From NCBI GenBank assembly GCA_973895155.1, contig OZ316892.1, forward strand, positions 29,518,932-29,582,931: a stretch of DNA of 64,000 nucleotides, read 5' to 3'. Below are positions 1-13,058 of this stretch, one piece after another. Numbering within the stretch: position 1 is the first letter of the stretch; each line of letters opens with the position of its first letter. The position numbers were made by a program, and so were the translations under genes. A model generated the notes under the pieces. That model was not told the DNA's origin, made no database searches, and saw only the letters and a program-made list of their open reading frames with translations. The stretch is from Marsupella aquatica (taxonomy: Eukaryota > Plantae > Marchantiophyta).

Positions 1-89
1 AGCTGAATGGAAGCATTGGTCATCTCCATCAGGAGATATGCAGAAGGTCATCTCAGAAATCCCCATAGCAAGCGAGATTTCTAACAAGT

Positions 90-2648
90 ATGGTAAATGC
101 AGCAATCGTCCGATCCGGTGTCAGCTCGGATGAAGGGAAGAAGAGTCGCAGGGCTACGAAGAATACCGCAACATCGCTGAACCAAATGAGGAATGCTGCC
201 ATGCAGCAAAAGATCAGGAAGGCTGATCCCCTCCATAAGTACAGAGTGGCAGTATCGTCCGATGGTCCTGCAAAGAGACACAGTGCTGCTGGCAACAGGA
301 AGGAAGTTCTCTACCCCAAGTCAAAACAGCCGATCCCGGAACGTTCAAGACTTGAAGATGAGAATGAAGTCACGCTATCCACAGTGAAGAAAATGCAATC
401 GCGCAGATCACTTCGTGCAGCAGTCAAGGAAATGAGACATCAGGAGGATTTGTGGTCAGCCAAAGATATCACTAATGGCAAGTCTCAACAACCGCAAGCG
501 GATGTGAGGGTGGCTACAGATATCACAAACAGCCAGTCTCATCAAAATCAAGCAGATCTGAGGGCCGCCGCTCAGGATATCACCGAAAAGCATTATCAAT
601 TTCAAGCAAATGTTGGGGTAGCCAATGACATTACCGACGTCAAGTCTCATGAATCTCAAACAAACATGAGGGCAGCCAAAGATACTACCGAGAGCAATTC
701 AAATCAAAGTCATGCACATTTGACGGCAGCGAACGAGAAGATCAACAAGAGCAAGTCTCAAGAACCTCAAGTAGATCTGTGGGCCGCCGAGGAGATCAGC
801 AAGACAAATCAACCTCAAGCAGACAACTGGCCTGCGGAGGGTGTCACCAGTAGCAGGTCTCAACCTCGTGTACCACCAGGTCCGCAAACCCTGGAGGTCG
901 TCGTTCCTGTGATTCAGAAGCTAGCGCCCCATACACTGGGACGAGCTAGGAGCACTAAATCTCCAACTAAGACGCTAGTGGCAAAGCCTCAATTAAGCAA
1001 CACATCCAGTCAGCCGCTCAAGCCTTCTTTCACAATTAAGCAAGGCAGCACAGGACTACACCATACATGCTTCGAACCTAGGGTGACCACCTACTCCACT
1101 GCAATCGTCACAGCTGATGCTTCCACATCGACAATCAAGCGCACTCGCCAACCATCATTGCGAGCTGACACTGCGGCCCTGTCGTCGAGAGGCAAACAGT
1201 TGGTGGATGTCAACTTAGAAAGTGCCCCAGGATCTCCCTTCTCCTCAGCAACTACTTCGGAATTTGAGATGTGCAATCCCTGCCCATCTCCATTGCCAGT
1301 GGAGATATTGGTCCTATCTCCTCGACCCGACGGCCCAGTACATGTCAAGCAAGTAAGTGCCACCTGGGCAGCGAGTCAAGAAACTACGAAGAGCAATCCA
1401 TCCCCGGATGAGTTGTTTGAAGGATTCAACATCTTCAGCTCTTCAATCCCAGAAACTAGAACTTGTAGTGTTTCGACGTCTCCTCAGGTGAAGACACCAG
1501 TGCAGGATTCTCATCGACAGTTCCGGTCAAATTCTTCAATTGGTAGTCTCAGGCATCAGTTCGTGATGGAAGCTACGGAGATCAAGGGTCCCAACAAGCC
1601 CTGGCATTTCATGCATAGGTCCGGATCACACAAAGCTGTGTTGTTCTCCAATCCTGCATTCGCTCCAGCATCGCCTGATGGAGCACGGCCTGCATCAGAG
1701 AAACTGCAACGGCCAGTTGCTGCTACTCCGCCGCAGTCACCCTCTCGCTCAATATCAGCAAGTCGAAGCGTCATGGACCGAATTGGACGGTCAATTAGTG
1801 CGGGTCGTCGCTCCATGTCACCTGACATCACAAGACGGCTTAATTGCACTCGACAGAAGTTTGCGTATATATCACCCGTGAAGTCTCTACCATCTCTCAT
1901 CTCAAGGTTGCCCTCAAGAGGGAAGAGGAAGCCATCACCGGTACCGAGAGCGAGCGTACTTAAATCCAATTCTTGTACTAGACCATCTCCCCAATCTAAG
2001 GAGTTTTCCTTACGACCAGGGCCTAAACATCATCAGCGAGAGGTAGTAGCAGCTCAAGCGAACGAGAGAATGACTTTCCACGCTTCACGTAGCCCTGCAG
2101 CTGCCTCAACCGATTCTTCATCCTGTTTTTCTTTGAGAATGTTGGAACAGCCAACTAGTAATGCACAGCAGTTCCCATTCGATAACTGCCTCCAAGGGCT
2201 CCACGGGAACGAAGCCAGACATTGCTCGAAGGGCAAGCAGATCTCAACGAGTAGTAATGCCGACCAACTCAAGTGGCACACGAGTTTGGACTGGGAGAAG
2301 GAAATGGGAATCATCGGGGTGTTGTCTTCATGCCGAAAGTGGGTTGAGGAGAGTGCACCTCCTCTTCCTGGTGGGTATTGCGGATATGAGACGGGGAATG
2401 TAGTAGCCACAGACTGGGAGGATGAGCTTGTTGCCCCTCATATCTTGTCTACAAGCAGAAGAAGGAAGGTTGAAGACAGAGACGTTCATTCTGGTGATGG
2501 TAGTTGTATCAACCCTGAAGAGTTGAATAGCAATTTCTCTGGAGTTCGTAGCTCATTCAACAAGGGAAGAATTCGCACAGGTCAGCAAACACTTCAACCT
2601 CTCCATTTATTCCCTCATCCTGTCATCTCACAAATTCTCTTGCAATAA
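90..2648 (+). CDS. Large exon/ORF of an uncharacterised Ser/Pro/Gln-rich, probably disordered protein; may splice onward from a donor at ~2581
   Basis: 852-codon open frame; low-complexity S/P/R composition; CAG|GTCAGC donor-like site at 2578-2586 shortly before the stop. No recognisable domain. Confidence 0.6.
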   Translation: MVNAAIVRSGVSSDEGKKSRRATKNTATSLNQMRNAAMQQKIRKADPLHKYRVAVSSDGPAKRHSAAGNRKEVLYPKSKQPIPERSRLEDENEVTLSTVKKMQSRRSLRAAVKEMRHQEDLWSAKDITNGKSQQPQADVRVATDITNSQSHQNQADLRAAAQDITEKHYQFQANVGVANDITDVKSHESQTNMRAAKDTTESNSNQSHAHLTAANEKINKSKSQEPQVDLWAAEEISKTNQPQADNWPAEGVTSSRSQPRVPPGPQTLEVVVPVIQKLAPHTLGRARSTKSPTKTLVAKPQLSNTSSQPLKPSFTIKQGSTGLHHTCFEPRVTTYSTAIVTADASTSTIKRTRQPSLRADTAALSSRGKQLVDVNLESAPGSPFSSATTSEFEMCNPCPSPLPVEILVLSPRPDGPVHVKQVSATWAASQETTKSNPSPDELFEGFNIFSSSIPETRTCSVSTSPQVKTPVQDSHRQFRSNSSIGSLRHQFVMEATEIKGPNKPWHFMHRSGSHKAVLFSNPAFAPASPDGARPASEKLQRPVAATPPQSPSRSISASRSVMDRIGRSISAGRRSMSPDITRRLNCTRQKFAYISPVKSLPSLISRLPSRGKRKPSPVPRASVLKSNSCTRPSPQSKEFSLRPGPKHHQREVVAAQANERMTFHASRSPAAASTDSSSCFSLRMLEQPTSNAQQFPFDNCLQGLHGNEARHCSKGKQISTSSNADQLKWHTSLDWEKEMGIIGVLSSCRKWVEESAPPLPGGYCGYETGNVVATDWEDELVAPHILSTSRRRKVEDRDVHSGDGSCINPEELNSNFSGVRSSFNKGRIRTGQQTLQPLHLFPHPVISQILLQ
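441..866 (+). repeat. About 8 imperfect in-frame ~54-bp (18-aa) coding repeats
   Basis: Units QEDLWSAKDITNGKSQQP / QADVRVATDITNSQSHQN / QADLRAAAQDITEKHYQF / QANVGVANDITDVKSHES / ... / QADNWPAEGVTSSRSQP in the 852-aa ORF. Confidence 0.8.
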
Positions 2649-5600
2649 AAACATGCGGATCATTTGAAATAACAATTCAAGGCATCATGCAAAAATCGAC
2701 TGAGTTGAACCAGGGTCTAGAGAATGGACAGTATACAGTGACGAGGGATGTCGTTTTCAGACGCATGGTAAAAACTCATGACAGTGTCTAGAATTCAAAT
2801 TCATCACAGAAGGTGACTGCGAATATAGTGTGACAGAATTATTTGAGAGACCTAATAATGAATGGCCATCAAGGACTTTGCACCGAGGGGCTTTGATTCA
2901 GGATGGGGAAGACTTTAATCAATACGGGACTAGATCTAGACAATTAGCATTCGATTCTGAACTTTCAAGTTCAGGGAAACATGTCACAAAACGTAGGCTA
3001 ATGTGAGGAGGGAAATGTGCAGCAATTGCTTACAAATGGCTTTTTGATTATAAGTGTGCATTTTAATTTCCGTCATCATATGCTGAGGTTGCTCTTATTA
3101 TCTCTTTCTTATTCAAGCACTTCCTGTTTGTAGACGGCAGGGGTTCAAATTGAGGTGAACTGGCTTAGCGAATGCCTTACTCGATGAAGTAAATTGGAGC
3201 TCGAAAGCTTGATTAGTGCGTAAAGGGCAGGCAATCGATTCGTGGTCAAATATTTCACGTCTATCCAGGTTCAATGCAAATCGCTAACTGGAATAAGATA
3301 TAGCATTGCAGGAGCATCATTCCTGACGAGAGCAGGGACTTGCTACGGCAAAAGTCGTCTAATCATGTGTTTCCTTCACTCATTGGCATCGTAGTCAATT
3401 GCCGCCGTTAGTCAGTTTAAGCTTGGTACTTTCATTGTTTTCCTACAATGATTCGAAGCATCAACCGAAGTGCTGCTTGTGTAGCGAGCAGAAACATTAG
3501 GTAGATGTAAACTTTAGAAGTCATCCTACGATTTGTTGCAGGTAGCATGTAAACTGCTGACTGCCGCGATACCTCTTCACGTCATCTGTACAGATTTATT
3601 GGCCCCAACGATTCTTCTCTCATTGAGGTCACAATCCACCATTTTCCTTTTGCGGAAATCTTTTGTACCTTGATTTGTACAGATAGTCGCTGTATCTTGC
3701 TCCTAAGAGGCAGCGACTATTGTAACTTCATAATGACTGTTATTCTTCTTCCCAAAAAATGGAACTGTGGAAGGAGGCAGTGCTAAATGTATGCTAGCTT
3801 CAAGACGGTTGCATTCCTATTAATCGAATTCAATTCTGTGCTCTCTGTGAGCTGCAGACAAGTCTTCGGTTCTCGAGTGTGGAAAAATGAGAGGGGTCCC
3901 AAGGGTGTTTGGTGTGTACAAATCGAAATTAGATGCATAATAAATCCAGGCACCTAAAAGATTTTTTGGTTTCAAGCTAGGACGAGTGGTTGATAACTGT
4001 TTCGTGGTCAGTGATAGCAAAAGCAAGCCGGATAAATTTCTGGAACAAAACCTGAAGTAGCCATCACATTTGATGCAAGATGAGTTTTTTCTACAAACAG
4101 TCCATCGTTGTCACTCAGGACACAACTGAGTGCGAAGCAATCTTCAACGGGAAACGCTTATGATCTCAGTAATCCAGAACGAGAGTAAGCAAGCAATAAT
4201 ACCCAGCCATGATCATCTGATTTGTTGCCCAATATAGATCCTTGGTGGGAATCTTGGTGTGAGTGTTAACGTTCCTGGCAGTCTAGGGTACCTCAACTCT
4301 ACCCCAGCCCTTGGCCCCTTCGTAATTGGCCAACCTACCCCGACTATTAACAACGAGCAGTAAAGTGATTCCTTGCTCCAACTTGTTCACAGGAAATGAG
4401 GCCCATAAGATGCAACTCCGTTGAGAGTCGTTGGTACTGTTGTTCTCTGGTATATGTTTTCGGTGTGGTCTCGGTGTGGGTACGAACATTCCTTCCACTC
4501 CTGGCACCCCAACTCTCTCACCCACCCCGCTACCTTTGCATGGAGAGAACCTTCATCGCTGAGAAGAGCAGCTTAGGGTATCTTTGCTACAATGCGTCAC
4601 AGGACATGAGCCCCTTCGGATTGCATTAAAATTCTGAACCAAATCATTTGGTGTGCTTGGAAATTTGTGCAATGGATCCCTTGCACCAATGTCTTTTGGT
4701 GTGCACAGATTCCAGCAAGCGAGAGAACTGCCATAAAGTAGCTACGATATGAAAAGCAATGCACTCTAAAATTCAAAACTATGTCTAGAGTAGACCCTCC
4801 AGACCGTGACTCACGAAGTAGGTGCAAGATTCGACTAGGATTCAAAACAAATGTCTAGAGTGAAACCGCAAGACCGCCGTGACAATGTGAGAGCAGGGCG
4901 CAGTATGAGTGGGGGCCAATATGAGACCAGCGTTTAGTATTTATATTTACCGCTTGTGTGACCTTCAAAACTGGTAAAATTTTATATCCACCACTCGTGT
5001 TACTTGCAAACTGGCACCTATCATGACGATTCATCAAATCAATACAGCATAAAGTAGTTGTTTGCCTCTGGAGTCAATAGTGATGACGATAATTATCCGT
5101 GCCTGTCACGATCTCTCTGTAGGTTCCCATCGATGCGCTGTAAACACATGGACAGCAGATGGACAGGAATACCAGAGCTACTCCATCGACGGCAACCTTT
5201 GGAAACAACTATCCTGCCTTATCAATGATGCGACTCGAAGAGCTCGTAGATCCAGAACGATCGAAACGTACAGACTAGAGAGCCAGTCTCACCTGCCTAT
5301 CTAGCTATGGTCCCTTTCAGTTGAGGCTAATTCCTTTCAATCGATACATTTTCTGTTTTCCCAAACACAAACTTTCAAGTTGTGAGCTCCAGAGCATCGA
5401 ATTCGGTAGACCAAGAAACCTGCAATTGATGTTTCTCATATTTTTCCATCTTCTTATGTTCTTGACAAGTCTCTCCACCTACCCAGAGAATATGAGGAGA
5501 TTCTTGAAGATAAAATTGCAGGTGGATTGTAGCCCGGGTCAACTTACAATTTATAGATTATTCCCCTGCAATTGTACATCAATTGCACCCAGAGTCAAAA

Positions 5601-5974
5601 GTGGGGTCTCATTGCAAACGAATCAGACGGACAGACTTGAAATGGCATCTCGATCCTGCGCTCTCGAGGATAGTGAATCCCCTTTTGGCCTCAACACATT
5701 TTGAAGTTGAGCTCCAGTACCTGGAATTCATTTGGAAGAAACCTGCAGACACTCTTCCTGGACTCCAGACAATCACATTGCACAACGCTGGTCAGGCAGA
5801 CGAAATCACCTTCACCCCTACATCGATCACTGGAGCCTTGACAGGTAACCCACTTGTCCAAGAGCCTTCCAGAATTCAGCCTTCCTGGAAGAGCTATGTT
5901 GCATAGTGTGCCCTCAGTTATTGCCCTGCCTGTAAAATCACACATGAAAATGTGGTCATCAAAAGAAATGTGGT

Positions 5975-6284
5975 CAAACCAATTGGCTAGGGGATATGCC
6001 CGGAACTGAGAGGTCCCAGGTTCAATCCCCCCTCCACACACTCGGGTGTGAAGGGTATATGTGTGTGGGTGGGATGGGTTTTGTGGGTGTGGATTGGAGT
6101 TCTGATTATCTGCTCGGCCCCTGGTCGTCCACTTTGTGGTCCTGATTTAATCCTCTCTCCTTCCTGGTGCGGGTCCCTGTCGGATCCATTGGGGCTCACC
6201 CTGGTCTGGGTTCCTTACAGAAAAACTGTCACATTGGGATGGGGGGAGTCTAATTGTATTTCCTCCCCATTTCCGTTCAAGACA
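5975..6284 (+). mobile_element. tRNA-derived SINE with 14-bp target-site duplication
   Basis: Direct repeat AAAAGAAATGTGGT at 5961-5974 and 6285-6298; B-box GGTTCAATCCC at ~6019; related minus-strand copies at ~27010-27535 and ~55500-55730. Confidence 0.8.
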
Positions 6285-6344
6285 AAAAGAAATGTGGTAA
6301 TATAAGGTGTGCACTCTTTGATTTAAAGAAATAAGGAGGTTTAT

Positions 6345-6506
6345 CATGGTATTGAGTGATGTAGTACACCCTATATGTCATATTTTGATATGGTATCAAG
6401 TGATGTTGTACACCATACATGTCATATTTTGATGTGCAGTTTGTCATATTTTGATATGGTATCGAGTGATGTTGTACACCAAATATGTCATATTTTGATG
6501 TGCAGT
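6345..6506. repeat. ~42-bp tandem repeat, 3-4 imperfect copies
   Basis: Recurring ATGGTATC(A/G)AGTGATGTTGTACACC...TGTCATATTTTG. Confidence 0.8.
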
Positions 6507-9500
6507 TCCGAAGACCCCAGTAAACTGAAATCCTAGCATCATGTTATAGTTTTCCCTAAAGTGGTAAATCCCGGGTACACCCGTCCACCATGATATTCAC
6601 TTGAATTCAGGGTGACTTACCATTTGAACCCACCTTCAAGGACTCGCATTTAGAGTACAGGCTCAAACTGCAAGAAGGCCTCTTGGAGGTGGCTCACCCT
6701 AAGTCATGAACAGTTCCTAACTTCCTGATCAAGAGAGTTGCTCTAACGGTCAGAAATTAATTTAAGGAAATAATCTTGCCACCCTAACAAAATAGGAAAC
6801 CCCTCAAAAATTACCCTGGTGTAGGCACTGAAAGCTTCCAGCCTTTCCAACTTGTCCTCTTTATCCTACAGCACTCTCAGGAGTATCTTCTTATTAAACA
6901 TTGGTGCATCCAATGGCCGGCACATTTGCAATGGGTGAACAATGATGAGTTGTGCTCCCCCAGTACTTGTTAAGCCCCTCTAATTTTGCTCAACCTGCTC
7001 TGTACTGCCATGGTTAATGTCTACCACTAGGGTGATTTACTCAGGTCTACCACAATGCAAGCCCAAGTACCTATGTGTATGCACACAAACTAAGGGCTCC
7101 CAAAACCCAAAACCCCCATACCCATCCTTACTCACTAGCATAATCTAAACATCCACACACACAAAATGTGATCTGAGAAACCTGTTGACTTTACGGAGTA
7201 GGTCATGAGAGATTGGTTTAGAATTCACCTGGATAGTGAGTTATAGTGTAGCTTTCCCACTGACTGGATTCCATCCAAGTTGGACCTTTGTTTTGGCCAC
7301 CCAAGAGTGGCTGGTAATCATTCCGTTTCTATTGCCTATCCAACGGCCCCCCTTTGTACCGTATTGAGAGTATTTGCCGTTTCTGGTGGGGAAGCCCTTA
7401 AAGTAGAAGATTTTGACGTATTTATAGGAATCTCAAAATTATAAATAAAAACCCAAACAATTTTAATGATGGGAAAGAGCAACCCACAAAATATTGTATT
7501 GTCTGATAATTCAGTGAGTAGAGTTTGTTACAAAAAGCAATAGGCTCTAAATCCCCATGATCATAAACTTTTTGCTTATTGTGTGGGATTTGTGCTAGAA
7601 TATATATATGATGATGTGGAGTAAACAAAACTTTACTTTCATACAAAGACTATTTGGGGATCCCATCCGAGCCTTTTGAGATCCCGTTGGGCTAACTTGG
7701 ATGGAGAATAAATGGTACAATTCAATTTTATGCTCCCATGGACCGTATACAGGACTGTAAATAGATTCACACAGCTGGGGTGGACCAGTACATCCGGGTT
7801 GGAAGTCCATGGGAACATTTAAGCAACCCAGAGGTCAGTCCACCCTTTATTTGGCAAAAGAAAAGAAAAGAAAGAAAGAAAAAAGATTAATGATGCCTCA
7901 TGCAAACAATTGTGTAGGGGTCCTCTCCTGTGCTTGTATTAGAGGCTACATGATCTATTGATCTAAGTAAAATACAGTAGGGCTGTAGAATTCAAGACCA
8001 GACTGCCAATCTAATGTACAGGCTCATTAATGAGCCCCAAGCCCTCCTGCCCACCTTACTCTCCTTTGCTCACCCCACTATTAGCCCATCTCGTGAGTTT
8101 TTGAAGTGTGCAAGGGGGCTTGTGTACTTGACGGGGGGGGGGGAGGCGGGGGCAGCTTCAACAAAAAATAACTACTTGCAGTGGGTTTATTTTTCCAACT
8201 CTCTTTTTGGTTGCCATTCCATGACACTAATTCTGCCTGGTACAATTCTCTTCTGGCCTAGAAAAAATCAAATGAATCCCATTCAAATAGTCAGCATACT
8301 CTGCCAGGTACAATTCTTTAGAGTTACTAGTGTCTTCCCTCCTAGATTGTTTCAATTGGTTCTAGTTTGGGCCCATCTCAAGCTCCCAATAGTGTTATGG
8401 GCAATAATTCCAGAATGAAACTGCTATATATGGTGAATCTATCTTCCAGTATTTTGTCTTATTCAAACTTTTTTTCTTGTGTATTTTAATTCAATGTGTC
8501 TTACCAAGGTGCATCCCTTGTATACTTTAGATTTTGAATTTAATCTGGCACCCCTCTAAATTTTTCAATCTTTGGTATACTTTTGATCATCCACCCTTTA
8601 ACAAAGCTCACAGAAGTTCTAGCCCTTAGTGAAGAAGAAATGATCTAATTAAAGTGCACTCCTCATGTCTTTAAGTTCTACTCATAATTTGTGTCCTAAA
8701 TTTATGGTTTTAATTCATTTGAGTGTCATTACCTAAGATAAGTACATAAGTATCTTTACTGGTGTATAGTATGTGCATAACCCAATACCATAGACTTAAA
8801 TTTTTCGGGTTCATTATTATTTTTATTTACATGTGTATTTTTACTCTTGTACCTTATGTGCACAACTTTTCAATGTCACCCTTCCTAATCAATGTCCTAT
8901 TTATATTTGCCACAAAAAATTAGATCACCTCTATTTCACTAAAAAAAACTTGAACTTTTTGCTAGAGGACAAAATAACTTTTCATGTTCCAAGATGAGTA
9001 TGCTATATATGGGGCAAACAAAATTAGGATTAATGTTATTTAATGCACATAATCTTAGCGCTAGACTTATGCAACTCACATACTTAACTTTAATCAAAGC
9101 AAACTTCACCTGAAATTTTGAGCTAGGCAAATAGTGATCCCAAGACTACTGTGAACGGATAGAAGTGCAATGACAACTGTACAGGCATGACTGTCATGTG
9201 TAAGGAGAATAGGAGGAGATACTCCACCTCCAGTAGCCTTTCTGCACGTGCTTAGCACACCTGGCCAGGTGGAAAGTGCAGATTTCGTATCAGATTTTAT
9301 ATTTGTCTGGACTTTTATGTCTGTACCTGTTTAGAACCTTTCGCTGACTCTGTCAAACATATAAAACAAAGAGGATATCCAAGAAAGTAAGCAACTCACA
9401 AAACTCACTTTGTGGAAGTTAAGGGTGCTTAATCTTACTAATAAAACACTATGTAAAACTATTTTCCAGGGCCATAGTCTAGACTGAAGCCTCTAGATTT

Positions 9501-9859
9501 TAACTCTCAATTTTACTAATAAAAAGTGATTCACAACTTTTTTCAGGGCTATGGTCTAGAATGAAACCTCTAACTCTCAATAAGGACAAAGCTGAAAATG
9601 ATAGTGGACAAAAGATAGGGGCAAAGTTGAATCGGAAATAGGGTAGAACTCTGCTTTGTGCAGGATGTTTTTGTCTTCATCTCAATTAATGTTCAATGAA
9701 TTGGTAATCAAGCTAGTTATTACTAATTCACTTGTAGAATTCAATAATGAACTTTGTGTCTGAATTTCAAACAAGCAAGTCTGGGAAAATGACAAATTAC
9801 CCTGCTAAAATTATCAAATTCTCCCCAATGGTATATATTAAAAAAATAACATGAAAGTG

Positions 9860-10955
9860 AGAAATTCACATGAGCCAACAAGAAAGTTTTCAGAGATGGT
9901 GAGAATAAAGACGAAAACTAAAACGATACAAGTCGGAATTAAAGGGAAATTCACAACTCTGGTCTCAGATTAAAAAGTGAACGTTTTCTTCAGAAAGGTA
10001 TCAATCAGGACAAAAATAAAAACGAAACGATACAAGTCTGAAAAGAGAAATTCACAACCCTTGTCTCAGATTAAAAAGACAAAGTTTTCTTCAGAAATAA
10101 TATGAAGAAGGACAAGAATCAAAAGGCAACGATACAAGTCAAGAAGAAAAATTCACAACCCTTGTCTCAGATTAAAAAGGAGTTTCCTTCACTCAGAGAT
10201 GGTATGCAGAAGGATAAGAAATAAAAGGCAAAGATTCGAGTCTGAATTAAAGGAAAATTCACAAGTCTAGTCTCAGATTACAAAGCGAAAGTTTTATTCT
10301 GAAAGGTATGAATACGAACCCAAATACAAGTCTGAAACAAAAATTCACAACCCTTCTCTCAGATTATAAAGAGAGCTTTGTTCAGAGATGGTATGAAGGA
10401 CAAAAGAAAAGGCAACTATACAGGTCAAAATTAAAGGAAAATTCACAACTCTTGTCTCATACTAAAAAAAGAAAGTTTCTTCAGAGATGGTGTGAAGAAG
10501 GACAAAAATGAAAGCCAACGATACAAGTTTGAATTAAAGAGCCACTAGCCATGACATAAACATTGTTACACAGATTTCATCATTTTAAGTAACTTTTTAA
10601 AAAATTGTGGAGCAAAGTCTCAGGGTAGAGGGGAAGAATATGAAAAAGGAATAAATCTTGGACACTTCTCCCTTGTATGTGGCCAGTGGTGGCTTAAAGA
10701 GAAATTCACAGCTCTCATTGCGCATTAGAGAGAGAGAGAGAGAGAAAGAGTTTTCTAGAGATATGTGAAAAAGGACAAAAAATAAAAGCCAACTATACAA
10801 GTCTGAATTAAAGAGATAAAGAGAAATTCACAGCTCGATATCATTGCGGATTAAAAAGAGAGTTTTCTAGAGATATGTGAAGAAGGACGAAAATAAAAGC
10901 CAACGATTCAAGTCTGAATTAAAGATAAATTCACAACTCTCATCTCAGATCAAAA
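9860..10955. repeat. Diverged purine-rich ~85-90-bp minisatellite, roughly 10 copies, with a (GA)n microsatellite
   Basis: Recurring AAATTCACAAC(T/C)CTTGTCTCAGATTAAAAAG...TTCAGAGATGGTATGAAGAAGGACAAAA...CGATACAAGTCTGAATTAAAG. Confidence 0.85.
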
Positions 10956-11212
10956 AGAAAAATCAAATCAACAGAACCCAACCCAACATTCTCTCATGGA
11001 CTCATTGGATGGAACCTTGCCGGGACCTGATCACTGGCCCATTTGTACGAGTGTGTTGCTCCTAGTGTACTTTCTGAATTCCTCATTTAGTTGCCTTTTA
11101 GGGCGCCCATCTTCTCCCCTGGTTCCGGACCCACTCATTTGTAGCACCTCTACCTTTGATCCACTTGGGTTTTGCCTGTTGGGGCTTGCACTTTTATGTA
11201 TGCTGACTTTAT

Positions 11213-11455
11213 CAATGGAATTCATTTGGTTTTTCCAAGCCAAAATAAATAAAATACAATCACTAAAGTTCCAAACTCTAGAGGATTCACCATTTATGTA
11301 TGAGAACTTTATGAATGGAATTCATTTGGTTTTTTGAAGCCCAAATAAATAAATAAAATAAAATCACGAAAGTTCTAAACTCTAGAGGATTCATTGATTT
11401 TGCAGAGAGAGAGTCAGAGAGACTCTCTGCAGAATCAATGAAAATCAATGAATCC
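11213..11455. repeat. ~80-bp direct duplication followed by an inverted-repeat hairpin
   Basis: AATGGAATTCATTTGGTTTTT...AAACTCTAGAGGATTCA occurs twice; GATTCATTGATTTTGCAGAGA pairs with TCTCTGCAGAATCAATGAA. Confidence 0.65.
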
Positions 11456-13058
11456 TGTATAGGAAGAAACGGTAGAGTAGAGCACTAATACGAAGATAGC
11501 CCGTGAATTATTTTCTTCAGACGAAACGATTGCTGAACTTACTGTCGACGAATCCGAAGGAATGAATGTACGCAGACCGGATTCCTCTCAAGTCAGAGGA
11601 GCCGTGTGATTTACGCACGACTTTTTAGAAAAAGAGAAAAAGGAGGGAAAGAAATGATGAGTAGAGTGATGGTGATGATGAGTAGAGTGAGTTTCGTCGG
11701 CTTTTGTAACGAGATTAGCACTGAAGTCTGGTGATGCATCTCACGCGGCCCAAACGCGAGGGAGGGGAAGAATCATGGTGGGAATCTGGAGGACCACTCC
11801 TCCTGCTGTTGTTCCTGCTGTTAATTGATCCCTATGCGGGCTGGAGTGGATCCTGCTGGAGTGGATCCTGTTGCTGTGCACTGTGCAAGGATTGTGTGAA
11901 GAAGGAGTAGTCGTAGATACACCAGTCAACAACTGTGGCAGTCGCCCCCTCAGAAGCCACGCAGGCACCCCGAGAGCCTGAAAGGAAGGACAAGATGGCC
12001 GCTCATTCCTCGTTCCTACCACCCCCTCGACCGCCATTCACAGCTTTTCCGCCTGCCTCATCTTCCTCTTCTTCTTGCTCTTCCTCCCACGCCCTCTCCA
12101 TCCAGAGGAAATCCCACCACGGTCCCCTGCTTCTGTGGGCTGGATGGGCTTTGCCTCTCTGCATTCGTTCACATCTTTACACGGCTCTCAACGACTACTG
12201 CTTGTGATGTGACGATGATGATGGCGGAGGTGGTGATGATTGCGTAGATGATGCATGCCTCGAGTATCTGCATCACCCACCTTCGAATTTGGGTGTACCT
12301 CAATAAATCAGGGCCTCCGTTTGGGAATTGTCGGAGACTCAGGGCAGGGCGTGATCTTTGAGGCTAGATCAGGGTCTGTGTATATTTTCTAATATGGAAT
12401 TTTGCAATTGGACTTGGAAGATGTCTGTCCGTCCAACGAACAAGCAAGGAACTATCATGACATCTATCAAGGTCCCTGTTTTCGTAGGTTTGGCATGAAA
12501 TATGGGGAGAATTCATCCATGCTCACCGGAATAAGTTCGATGTCCTGCTCAATCAGGAGGTGGGGTGGTGCATCGTAGGTATTTCGAATCTCGCTGCCCA
12601 TTTTGCTGTTCAGCTCCAGTCCTTGTGTGCAGATCGGCTTGATGACAGAGTGAGGTGGGCTTTTGCTATCATTTTTGCAATCTTCCAGTTGTAGATCTGA
12701 TTTCATCCTATTTTCCGTTTGACATCCCGAAAGTTGCAGCTGAAGAGTCCGGGTGGACTGAAGGCTTGGGATTACCATACGACATGAGAGGATAGCAGAG
12801 AGTGATGGGAAAGAGTGAAACAGAATTTTCATAGGTTGACGGACGGTGCACAGTATATTTCACAAGGGATTGAAAGCCGTGCCCTTGAGGATACTCATCT
12901 TTGTTTATCTGAAATGCAGTTCTCGGGCAAATTCGAGGAATTGGAGACTGCGGAGACTTGCAGATCACACGTGCAACGGCCTTGTTTCAAATACCAGCAG
13001 GGAGGAGAAGAAACTGTAATTAGCCAATTGTAATGGTGGCAGAAGGCGTGCAGGTGCG

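Noticed and set aside
4283-5906. Cluster of short ORFs, possibly a gene fragment
   Set aside because: No coherent exon chain or motif could be established.
5975-6035. tRNA gene
   Set aside because: B-box present but no complete cloverleaf; continues into a body flanked by a 14-bp TSD, so called a SINE.
11741-12207. Short GC-rich ORFs upstream of ALMT
   Set aside because: Low-complexity sequence, probably 5' UTR or promoter; no domain evidence.
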